Both the position numbers and the translations under genes were made by a program. DNA of 64,000 bases from a virus, in IMG/VR virus record IMGVR_UViG_3300020394_000267, positions 27,070 through 91,069 of that record. One strand, written 5' to 3'. Shown piece after piece: positions 29,928-37,169 of the stretch. The notes below the pieces were generated by a model. It was given only the letters and a program-made list of their open reading frames with translations. It did not search any database and was not told where the DNA came from. Position 1 is the first letter of the stretch. Each line of letters opens with the position of its first letter.

Positions 29928-29956
29928 TTGACAACTGGTCTCATATGTGAGATCAT
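29928..29956 (+). promoter_or_regulatory. Early promoter TTGACA-N17-GATCAT
   Basis: Same design as 7691, 25948 and 31876. Confidence 0.75.
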
Positions 29957-29962
29957 TATACC

Positions 29963-30400
29963 ATACTGAGAGATGAGGAGATTATATAGTGTTGTGACAA
30001 TAATTTAAACCCCAGTTAAACCGCACCATCTCACCGTGGTTGAGGTTCAAGGAAGAGTGCTATGGGGTCGGAAATGAATCACGGTGCCGAGTCGCAAAGG
30101 TGGCATGACCACGCTCCGATGAGGTAATGACAGGCAGGGCTGGCTGCCATGAACAAGGTGGAGAGACAACTACTAAAGGAGAGTCCCCAGTAGTGGCAAT
30201 GCACAAAGCAGTACCATGAAAAGGACAGGGCGGATGTCAAAGGGTGAGACCCGGCCGCTAACAGGGTTGTGCCTCAATACACACGCGCTCCCCCACGGTT
30301 AGGGGAGCATCACCCAGCAGCAGAGGGGTCAGGCGGGCCTATGCTTTGGGATCGAGGTGGTCGCCCTTACAAGTGCATCTGGCATCCCCCCATATGCATT
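29963..30400 (+). ncRNA. Putative large structured non-coding RNA (family unassigned; ends approximate)
   Basis: GC-rich, no credible ORF, downstream of tandem promoters; helices ACCCCA/TGGGGT, GGCAG/CTGCC, ACTACT/AGTAGT, GGGT/ACCC, GCTCCCC/GGGGAGC. Confidence 0.55.
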
Positions 30401-30462
30401 ACTAAAAAAAGTTTTTGCCCACCCACAGAAACCGCCACAGAATTTTTTTCGGGATATAAATT

Positions 30463-30900
30463 ATGGCAGATATAATTTTTGATGTAGACGGCACTCTTAT
30501 GGATATTACTCATAGGAGGCATTTCGTTGCACAGCGTCCCAAGGACTTTGATTCGTTTCGGAGTCATACTGAATTCGATACCAGAAAGGAAGATATCTTT
30601 GCCATTGCGGATGCGTTACAGTCACAGGGGCATCGTATTCTTATATCTACTGGTAGGAATAAGTCTCAAAGGGATATTACCATTCAACAGATAAGGGATG
30701 GCGGTATAGACTTTGAGCAGATATACATGCGTTCTGATAGTGACTATACACCAGATGATGAGTTAAAGTCACGATTCTTAGACCGTATGATAGATGATGG
30801 TTACAATCCTACTATGGCATTTGATGACCGTCAAAGGGTTGTGGACATGTTTCGTTCACGAGGTTTAACCGTCTTCCAAGTAGCGGAAGGCAATTTTTAA
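30463..30900 (+). CDS. HAD phosphatase (PseT/polynucleotide kinase 3'-phosphatase domain)
   Basis: FDVDGTL, STGR, IYMR, AFDDRQRVVDMFR. Confidence 0.88.
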   Translation: MADIIFDVDGTLMDITHRRHFVAQRPKDFDSFRSHTEFDTRKEDIFAIADALQSQGHRILISTGRNKSQRDITIQQIRDGGIDFEQIYMRSDSDYTPDDELKSRFLDRMIDDGYNPTMAFDDRQRVVDMFRSRGLTVFQVAEGNF

Positions 30901-30910
30901 AAAGGAAGTT

Positions 30911-31165
30911 ATGGGAGTCTACGGAATAAGAGATGAAAAATACCTTGAAAGAGAAGATACCGAGCTTAAATCAGAAGCAAGTAAACATATTGGTGCAAAG
31001 TTTGTTTTGGGGTCTCGTCCTAATAATGTTCGTATCAATGATGTATCCAACGCCAGCGCAATAGGTCTCTATATGTTACTAGGTTTTGGACTAGGTTATT
31101 TTTACAACGATATTAATATGGCATTACTGGAATTATGGTGTATGGCGTATGGACTTATCTACTGA
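30911..31165 (+). CDS. Hypothetical membrane protein
   Basis: 84 aa with a C-terminal hydrophobic segment. Confidence 0.55.
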   Translation: MGVYGIRDEKYLEREDTELKSEASKHIGAKFVLGSRPNNVRINDVSNASAIGLYMLLGFGLGYFYNDINMALLELWCMAYGLIY

Positions 31166-31811
31166 GTGGGAATTTAAAACTCTATGGGTATATGGTGATT
31201 CATTCGCCTGTGAACCTTCACAATGGGCAAAGATTCTTTCAGATAAACTAGGTTATTACAAGATAACTAATCATGGATGGCCTGGCAGTTCATTAGAAAG
31301 AACCAGTGTCCGACTGAGTGATACCTATTCACTATGGGAACCAGAAGATGTAGTGGTTGTTTGTTTGACTGAGATACACCGCGAATGGGCAACTACACTG
31401 ACTGTTAATGAGTCAAACAGACCAGTTCGTAAATTGAACACCGCGTTACGCAATCATATGATTTATTCCTTATCTTATTTAAAGGAGATATCCAATTTGC
31501 GTGCCTTGGTGGTACTGGACGGATTCAAGGATAGTTCCAAGGCGAATAGAACTGTGACCATGCCCGCGAATCTGATATACAGTAACAAGGGTTCGCTCAT
31601 GGAAGTAGCACAGGGAGAGATAAAAGACTCTGGCAATCAACCCGCCTTTCAAGCACAATCACCAGTGGGTGTAGACCCACGAGAGAACCATATGTCCCCA
31701 GTGAACCACGAAATTCTCGCTGATAAGGTGCTTTCTGCGATAGAATCGGGGTCTCGGTGGCAAACTATTGACTTAACAGAGGGATTTCAGCGTAAAATCT
31801 TCGATATTTGA
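31149..31811 (+). CDS. SGNH-hydrolase-like protein
   Basis: VYGDSFA, NHGWPGSS, NHMSPVNHEILA. Confidence 0.6.
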   Translation: MDLSTEWEFKTLWVYGDSFACEPSQWAKILSDKLGYYKITNHGWPGSSLERTSVRLSDTYSLWEPEDVVVVCLTEIHREWATTLTVNESNRPVRKLNTALRNHMIYSLSYLKEISNLRALVVLDGFKDSSKANRTVTMPANLIYSNKGSLMEVAQGEIKDSGNQPAFQAQSPVGVDPRENHMSPVNHEILADKVLSAIESGSRWQTIDLTEGFQRKIFDI

Positions 31812-31846
31812 GAAAAAAAATTCAACTTTTTTGCTTTCCTTTGGAA

Positions 31847-31859
31847 AATCAATGGCTTA
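31847..31859 (+). promoter_or_regulatory. IHF binding site AATCAATGGCTTA
   Basis: Exact consensus; flanks resemble the 25909 site. Confidence 0.7.
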
Positions 31860-31875
31860 CGGAGGCAGCTTTTTC

Positions 31876-31904
31876 TTGACATTTGCCCCGATATATGGGA
31901 TCAT
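31876..31904 (+). promoter_or_regulatory. Early promoter TTGACA-N17-GATCAT
   Basis: Same design as 7691, 25948 and 29928. Confidence 0.75.
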
Positions 31905-31937
31905 GATCCTGTAATCAATTGAGAGAGGTAAAAAATT

Positions 31938-32300
31938 ATGGCGTATGTATCCCAAGAAAAGAAAAAGGAACTTGCGGTTGGTATCAAAGCGGTACTTAAA
32001 AAGTACAAGATGAAAGGTACTATCGCGGTTAACAATCATTCTACTTTGGTTGTCAATCTAAAGTCTGGGCCTATCAACTTCAAGGCGCAAAACGAACATT
32101 ACCAAGTTAATCCTTACCATGTCGAGTCACAATGGACTGGCGTTGCTAAGGAGTTTCTGCTTGAGTTGTTGGAAGCGATGAAGGGTGAAGGTACTGGATG
32201 GTTTGACAAGTCCGATATCATGACCGACTACTTCCATACTGCTTGGTACAATGATATCAACATTGGAAAGTGGAACAAATCTTACGAACTAACTGCTTAA
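31938..32300 (+). CDS. Conserved phage early protein
   Basis: MAYVSQEKK..., SDIMTDYFHTAWY..INIGKW motifs; GAGG RBS. Confidence 0.75.
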   Translation: MAYVSQEKKKELAVGIKAVLKKYKMKGTIAVNNHSTLVVNLKSGPINFKAQNEHYQVNPYHVESQWTGVAKEFLLELLEAMKGEGTGWFDKSDIMTDYFHTAWYNDINIGKWNKSYELTA

Positions 32301-32310
32301 GGAGAGAGTT

Positions 32311-32574
32311 ATGACAGTTGAAACTATCAAAAAAGAAATGCTGACGATGAGTCAAGAAGAGTTGAGTATGATTATTCATTATGCTCAACGCATCAAATCG
32401 GTATCGGCGACTGCCACCTTTTCGGTGGGTCAAAAGGTTGTCGTTGTTCAGAAAACCAAACGCCGTGAAGGTACGATTCTCAAGATGAATACCAAGAAGG
32501 CTGTTGTCGAGATGCCTTGGCAAGGTCGAATCGCTTCGGTTTCTGTTCCATACTCTATGCTGGAGGCAGCGTAG
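32311..32574 (+). CDS. Small SH3-like hypothetical protein
   Basis: FSVGQKV...GTILKMN.KKAVV. Confidence 0.65.
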   Translation: MTVETIKKEMLTMSQEELSMIIHYAQRIKSVSATATFSVGQKVVVVQKTKRREGTILKMNTKKAVVEMPWQGRIASVSVPYSMLEAA

Positions 32575-32577
32575 GGT

Positions 32578-33072
32578 ATGACATTATGCCTTCGCGTGAC
32601 AGGTGGTAATAAATTCCAAAAACAGTTGGCGATGGGGACGGTTCAGTTTGCTATGAATCGTCTTTTACCCAGCGTAAGGAAGTTAGATATCAATCTTCAT
32701 ATTCGGAGTTTCCAAAAAGAGGGTAGCACTATTGGGTACTGTACAGATGATTCTTCAGACCCGATAGATTTTGTGGGTAAGTCGCCCAGACGATTTCAGA
32801 TTGAAATATCAAAAGACTTGAACTTGACAGATTTTATCAAGTGTGTATTACATGAATTTGTCCACCTCAAGCAATTTGTAAAACTTGAGATGGTAGAACA
32901 AGACTCTGGCAAAACACGATGGAAAGGTAAATCCGTTTCCAAAAAGACAAAGTATTCAGACCAGCCTTGGGAGAAAGAGGCGTATAGACTAGAACAGAAA
33001 TTACTTTGGGAGTGCCTAGAGCAACAAGAGTTTTTGACAGGAAACATAGACAGTAATGGAGTGAAAATATGA
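32578..33072 (+). CDS. Zn metallopeptidase-like protein
   Basis: HEFVH (HExxH) and PWEKEAY. Confidence 0.75.
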   Translation: MTLCLRVTGGNKFQKQLAMGTVQFAMNRLLPSVRKLDINLHIRSFQKEGSTIGYCTDDSSDPIDFVGKSPRRFQIEISKDLNLTDFIKCVLHEFVHLKQFVKLEMVEQDSGKTRWKGKSVSKKTKYSDQPWEKEAYRLEQKLLWECLEQQEFLTGNIDSNGVKI

Positions 33073-33233
33073 TAAGATGGTTTATAGGATTTTTCTTAGT
33101 CATAGGTGCCGCTGGTGGTTTAGAGCAGGACACTATGACTATTAATCAAACACTTGCATTTGCCTTTTTGGGATTTGCATTGATGGCTTGGGCAACCCCC
33201 AAGATTGTAGAACAATATGGAGATGATGTATGA
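33069..33233 (+). CDS. Small two-TM membrane protein
   Basis: 54-aa ORF with ATGA overlaps at both ends. Confidence 0.6.
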   Translation: MIRWFIGFFLVIGAAGGLEQDTMTINQTLAFAFLGFALMAWATPKIVEQYGDDV

Positions 33234-33490
33234 TTCGATATAAACAAACTCGCACTCAAAACATTATTGATTTGGATGGCCCAGATGGTAATGCTTTTAA
33301 CCTGTTGGCAATTGCAAGTAAACTGCTACGCCAACATGAGAACTTCAACCTTGACGATAGGTCACAGTCGTTGATTCTCGCGGAGATGAAGTCGGATGAC
33401 TACACTCATTTGGTAAAGACATTCAATCAGTACTTTGGTAGCATCTTTATTCTGGAAACTACCAACGAGGAATTGTTGGAGTCGTTATAA
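33230..33490 (+). CDS. Conserved hypothetical protein
   Basis: IDLDGPDGNAF.L...EMKSDDY.HL motif. Confidence 0.7.
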   Translation: MIRYKQTRTQNIIDLDGPDGNAFNLLAIASKLLRQHENFNLDDRSQSLILAEMKSDDYTHLVKTFNQYFGSIFILETTNEELLESL

Positions 33491-33816
33491 TGGGTATGCT
33501 GAATATGGGCGGTAGTCTGAGATATGACTACTCTGGTCGTAAGCGTAAGGCGTATAAGAAGAACAATCCGCCCAAGCGTAAGACTACATTTGAGTCTAAA
33601 CCCTTGCGAGTGCCTCATGACCGTCTTGAAGAGATGAATGAGCACAGGCGTAAGTATCCATCACTTAATTCTTTTGCCCCGACAAGTGGCACTAAGGATG
33701 ATAACTGGATACGCGAGAAGCAAGAAATTTCATCTGGTTACACGGTTGCACCCGCCTACAATAAAGGTGCATATCAAGTAATCGGTAAATCCAATATAAA
33801 AGATATTGGAAAATAA
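33490..33816 (+). CDS. Conserved T4-like hypothetical protein
   Basis: YTVAPAYNKGAYQVI motif. Confidence 0.7.
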   Translation: MGMLNMGGSLRYDYSGRKRKAYKKNNPPKRKTTFESKPLRVPHDRLEEMNEHRRKYPSLNSFAPTSGTKDDNWIREKQEISSGYTVAPAYNKGAYQVIGKSNIKDIGK

Positions 33817-33829
33817 TTGAAAAAAACGC

Positions 33830-33858
33830 TTGACATTTGCAAAAAAGATCAGTATAAT
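33830..33858 (+). promoter_or_regulatory. Consensus sigma70 promoter, followed by late promoter TATAAATA (33871-33878)
   Basis: TTGACA-N17-TATAAT. Confidence 0.85.
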
Positions 33859-33883
33859 GGTTGAAAGTTGTATAAATAAACAT

Positions 33884-33953
33884 GCGGTGGACGGTATTCG
33901 TACAATCCGTTTCCAACGGACAAGGTTAGGTGAAACTCCTAGACGCCGCTCCA
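33884..33953 (+). tRNA. Non-canonical tRNA-Gly (TCC)
   Basis: Acceptor GCGGTG/CGCCGC, discriminator T, encoded CCA; anticodon arm TCCG-TTTCCAA-CGGA; T arm TTAGG-TGAAACT-CCTAG; mini D arm GTA-TTCG-TAC. Confidence 0.75.
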
Positions 33954-33961
33954 ATTTTACA

Positions 33962-34206
33962 GTTGTAGTCCTAGGCAAAGACTCCATCCTGTCACAAGTT
34001 AAACTGCCTCGACTGAACATTGATAGCCATGTAATGATGCATCAAAACAGTAGGTCGTTAAACCATAAGGAGCCCTGAGCAGTGGCGCAAGGTAACACAC
34101 AGACCGAAAAAGGCTCAGTCCATCGACTACATGAGGGCAGTGATGGCCTCGCATAACACAGATGGACAAAGAGAGCTGGGCATCTCTCTTCATCCTAAAC
34201 TGCCCA
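33962..34206 (+). ncRNA. Putative structured ncRNA downstream of the tRNA (unassigned)
   Basis: Helices TGTAGTC/GACTACA, ACTG/CAGT, TTGAT/ATCAA, CTGAGC/GCTCAG, GTCCATC/GATGGAC, AAGAGAG/CTCTCTT, GGGCAGT/ACTGCCC. Confidence 0.6.
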
Positions 34207-34226
34207 CTACTAGAAGGACAACAACA

Positions 34227-34388
34227 ATGAAGTACTTGAGTATATTAGTTGTTTGTATTATGATTACTGCATGTAGCGGAAGAATAAATTTAATCGCTGA
34301 ATTACCAAAAGACCAAGACCTAGATGTAACAATTAAAACATCCAAGTCTGGTGGTGTGCATAAATCTAATACACCAACAGCAGAATGA
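34227..34388 (+). CDS. Small lipoprotein
   Basis: MKYLSILVVCIMITA-C lipobox; AAGGA RBS. Confidence 0.65.
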   Translation: MKYLSILVVCIMITACSGRINLIAELPKDQDLDVTIKTSKSGGVHKSNTPTAE

Positions 34389-34501
34389 AAAGACGATAAG
34401 ATTTGTCTTTCATACGCACCGAACTTTTGTTACGATGCGAATAAATGAATTGTGGGTGATTAACTTTTTGTTAATCTTAATTTGAAAAAACGGAGTATAG
34501 T

Positions 34502-34792
34502 ATGAAAAAGAAAACTTCACAAGCAACAAAGGTTATTTCAGCCTTGGAGAAGACAGACCAAGGTCTGACTGCTAACGAAATGAAAAATAGGTTTGGCGTA
34601 ACTAATGCGAGAGCATTGGTGACACACCTTCGTCAGAATGGTTTCGCCATTTATTTAAACAAAACACCTAAGTACACTGACAGAAATGGCAATGTACGAA
34701 AAGGTGTTTCACGATACCGTTTAGGTACACCATCTAGGGCAATTATTGCCGCTGGATACAAAGCCTTAGCAGCCTCAAGGGGTCTTGCTTAA
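34502..34792 (+). CDS. Winged-HTH DNA-binding protein (conserved in T4-like phages)
   Basis: LTANEMKNRFGVTNARALVTHLRQNGFAIYLN...YRLGTPSR. Confidence 0.75.
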   Translation: MKKKTSQATKVISALEKTDQGLTANEMKNRFGVTNARALVTHLRQNGFAIYLNKTPKYTDRNGNVRKGVSRYRLGTPSRAIIAAGYKALAASRGLA

Positions 34793-34829
34793 GCTTTAAC
34801 ATTCGTTAGTTAATTATTCACAATGGAAT

Positions 34830-34859
34830 AAAGGGCAACTCAAGGTTGCCCTTTTTTTT
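34830..34859. terminator. Rho-independent terminator, probably bidirectional
   Basis: AAAGGGCAAC-TCAAG-GTTGCCCTTTTTTTT between convergent genes. Confidence 0.85.
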
Positions 34860-34862
34860 AGC

Positions 34863-35033
34863 TTACACGCTCCACTTAGAACCGCGATAGATTCCAGATG
34901 TAGCAGGAACCCATTGCTCTCTTAGAGTGGGATTATGTTTGACGCCACGATATAACATCTCTTGAGACTCGATTGTCTTATGAGTTATAGTTCCGTTATA
35001 TTTAACGCCTCTGTAGTTTAGCTGTGTAGTCAT
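34863..35033 (-). CDS. DUF4278-type small protein ('downstream peptide')
   Basis: Three YRG(V/S)K repeats; AGGAGG RBS; ATG at 35033. Confidence 0.85.
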   Translation of the reverse strand: MTTQLNYRGVKYNGTITHKTIESQEMLYRGVKHNPTLREQWVPATSGIYRGSKWSV

Positions 35034-35057
35034 TTTGACACCTCCTGTATTAAGAGA

Positions 35058-35119
35058 TGCGTTCCTTCGGCGGAATTGCCTACTTCCGTCCACCGCTACA
35101 TTTAGGGTGGATGAACGAA
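35058..35119 (-). promoter_or_regulatory. Glutamine riboswitch (glnA / downstream-peptide class)
   Basis: Minus strand reads TTCGTTCA-TCCACC..GGTGGA-CGGAAGTAGGC..GCCGAAGGAACGCA, the glnA-motif core, directly 5' of a DUF4278 gene. Confidence 0.88.
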
Positions 35120-35174
35120 TGTAGTCTTTTCACCCATGACTTATGGAGTACCGATTGGTACAGTATTATTTATC

Positions 35175-36575
35175 TTAACTTATCTTTACAAAGTATGAAG
35201 ATTGGTCAACATCTGAACTCGCGTATCTAAACATCTTTGTTATAAGGTCGTGTTGTTTCTTCTTACTTGCACCAGTTGAAGCAAATGCTTCTAGGAACAT
35301 TAGACAGATAGACTTAGACATTCTAAAGTTGTCACCTTGTTCGTGGTTTGCCCACTCTTGTAGAAATACCTTTTCTGATACTATGTCAATTGATGGTTTA
35401 CTTTTAGAATTATGTTTCTTATAAAGTTGGTATGCCTTTGATGGCCATTTTGCATCGGTCTTGATTGACGCGAGAAATGCCTTTTCAGAACCTTTTCCAT
35501 TGTAAATATCATTACCGAATACTTGTTTGCAATAGAAGTCTACATTACCCCCACCTATTTTACCACCAGCGGCTGAACCACCTTTAATCTCACCCTGCCA
35601 TGAAGTGTCACCACCGAATGTTCTGAATTGTACCTCACCACCACTGGTGTCTATGTAGATGTCTTGAGAACTAAAGAAGTCCCCAGTTTTACCATATTTG
35701 AAACTGTTATAGGTAAATGTATCTTTGTTCGCCATTTGTTTCGGAGTATTGAACTCTTTCGCGGTTGCTGGAGTACTCTTACCTATTTTCTTGAGTGATA
35801 TACCAAGAAGTTTACCCGCCTTTGCAAGTTTCATAACTTCTGCATTTAATTCACCCCAACTAGATGTGCTTTCTGCTAAAGGTTTTTCTAAAACACCAAA
35901 TGTAGTTGCCCATATATCGCCGGGATTCCATTTGTCATGTGAGAATGAGCCTGGTGCTTGTGGGTCATCTGAATCCTTATCTATTTTGTGACATTCTGCT
36001 TTGGCATCATACAGACCTTTCATAAAAGGTGACCCTCGATGAAAATGTACAGCACCATTCCTAGTCATTTTCCTGCCATATTTTTCCCACAGTTTATTTG
36101 CGGTCTTTATATAAACATCCGTTTCAATCCAATCAGCAGGCCCTTTATTTAAACAGTCTGTAAGTGATTTGTCGGTATGGGCAAACTTAGATGCGGATTT
36201 GAGTTGTGTTGGGGATACAGATTTACATGCACCCTTCTTTACATTGAATACATATGCATTGTAGAAACATTGTAGTGATTCTGTCAGTGCGGTATCAGCT
36301 GCACCGCCACCAGAACCACCACCGCCACCGAAATCTTTATCCTTGAATATCTGTGACCGTCTTGCTTCTTTGGTTTGTCTGTTAGATTTGTAGGTTAGTA
36401 TTTCAGTTTTTCTATCATAAGATATACCGTCTACTTTTGTACCAGACGCAGATGAACCTATAACAAATTTCTTTTTGTCTTTTATTTTTAGGTCGAATAT
36501 GTCTAGCCTCGACTCACCAGCGTAATCGCCAGCGGAAGAACTCTTTCGCATATCATCTGCTGATAGTGTGGGCAT
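35175..36575 (-). CDS. Conserved phage protein, possible PD-(D/E)xK nuclease fold
   Basis: TALTESLQC, DKWNPGDIW...LLGISLKK motifs. Confidence 0.55.
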   Translation of the reverse strand: MPTLSADDMRKSSSAGDYAGESRLDIFDLKIKDKKKFVIGSSASGTKVDGISYDRKTEILTYKSNRQTKEARRSQIFKDKDFGGGGGSGGGAADTALTESLQCFYNAYVFNVKKGACKSVSPTQLKSASKFAHTDKSLTDCLNKGPADWIETDVYIKTANKLWEKYGRKMTRNGAVHFHRGSPFMKGLYDAKAECHKIDKDSDDPQAPGSFSHDKWNPGDIWATTFGVLEKPLAESTSSWGELNAEVMKLAKAGKLLGISLKKIGKSTPATAKEFNTPKQMANKDTFTYNSFKYGKTGDFFSSQDIYIDTSGGEVQFRTFGGDTSWQGEIKGGSAAGGKIGGGNVDFYCKQVFGNDIYNGKGSEKAFLASIKTDAKWPSKAYQLYKKHNSKSKPSIDIVSEKVFLQEWANHEQGDNFRMSKSICLMFLEAFASTGASKKKQHDLITKMFRYASSDVDQSSYFVKIS

Positions 36576-36576
36576 C

Positions 36577-36735
36577 TTATCTCCCCTGTCCCCTATATTT
36601 CTTGTAAGACCTTTTTTTGTTTTTGTTCATCGTGGAAGTACTAATCTTCACACTGCGACTTCGCCCACCTATACCTTGTGAGGTACTTTTTTTTGTCGGT
36701 TCATGTACATGTACCGCGTTCCATTTTCTAGCCAT
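36577..36735 (-). CDS. Small basic protein ending YRGQGR (T4 gp30.9-like)
   Basis: MARKW...KKSTSQG...TMNKNKKRSYKKYRGQGR; GGAGG RBS. Confidence 0.7.
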   Translation of the reverse strand: MARKWNAVHVHEPTKKSTSQGIGGRSRSVKISTSTMNKNKKRSYKKYRGQGR

Positions 36736-36749
36736 TCACTCCTCCATTA

Positions 36750-37169
36750 TTATTGTGTATTTGACAGTGGATTTTCAAGCGCTTCTTCAATCTGTGTTCG
36801 TATAGATTTTCTGATTTCAATAAGTTCCTTACTGGTATCTCTTTCAAGTTCATATAGTCTCTTATCAGACGCTCTTACATCCGAAAACAGAGATTGCATG
36901 TCTCCGTCTATTCTATTTATAGACTCTTTAGACATGTCTGTTACAAGGACTGTTGAACCCATTCTTTCCTCAAGAACTGATAATCTTTCTTCTATACCCG
37001 ACAAATCTGGTGCCTCGTAGGTAGAAATTGCCTCTTGCATGTCTTGATATGTCTTGTATACTTCAAATGCACCATATAGCGCACCAATTAGTGTACCAAG
37101 AGCACCCAAGACCATAAAAAGTCTTCCACCTTTGATTTTTATTCCACCAACATCTATTTCTGTACTCAT
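36750..37169 (-). CDS. Membrane-anchored coiled-coil protein
   Basis: GGIKIKGGRL, TM helix, APDLSG, C-terminal ALENPL. Confidence 0.7.
   Translation of the reverse strand: MSTEIDVGGIKIKGGRLFMVLGALGTLIGALYGAFEVYKTYQDMQEAISTYEAPDLSGIEERLSVLEERMGSTVLVTDMSKESINRIDGDMQSLFSDVRASDKRLYELERDTSKELIEIRKSIRTQIEEALENPLSNTQ

Noticed and set aside
30063-30400. tmRNA (GGGGTCGGAAATGAATCACGG resembles a tmRNA 5' end)
   Set aside because: No T-arm or acceptor 3' end with CCA and no tag ORF found; the GGGGT pairs with upstream ACCCC instead
30269-30475. 68-aa ORF
   Set aside because: No RBS, atypical codon usage, lies within the structured RNA
33830-34078. 82-aa ORF
   Set aside because: Starts in a -35 box and overlaps the tRNA-like gene
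34863-35093. 76-aa version of the DUF4278 ORF
   Set aside because: The upstream extension lies inside the riboswitch; the AGGAGG RBS supports a start at 35033
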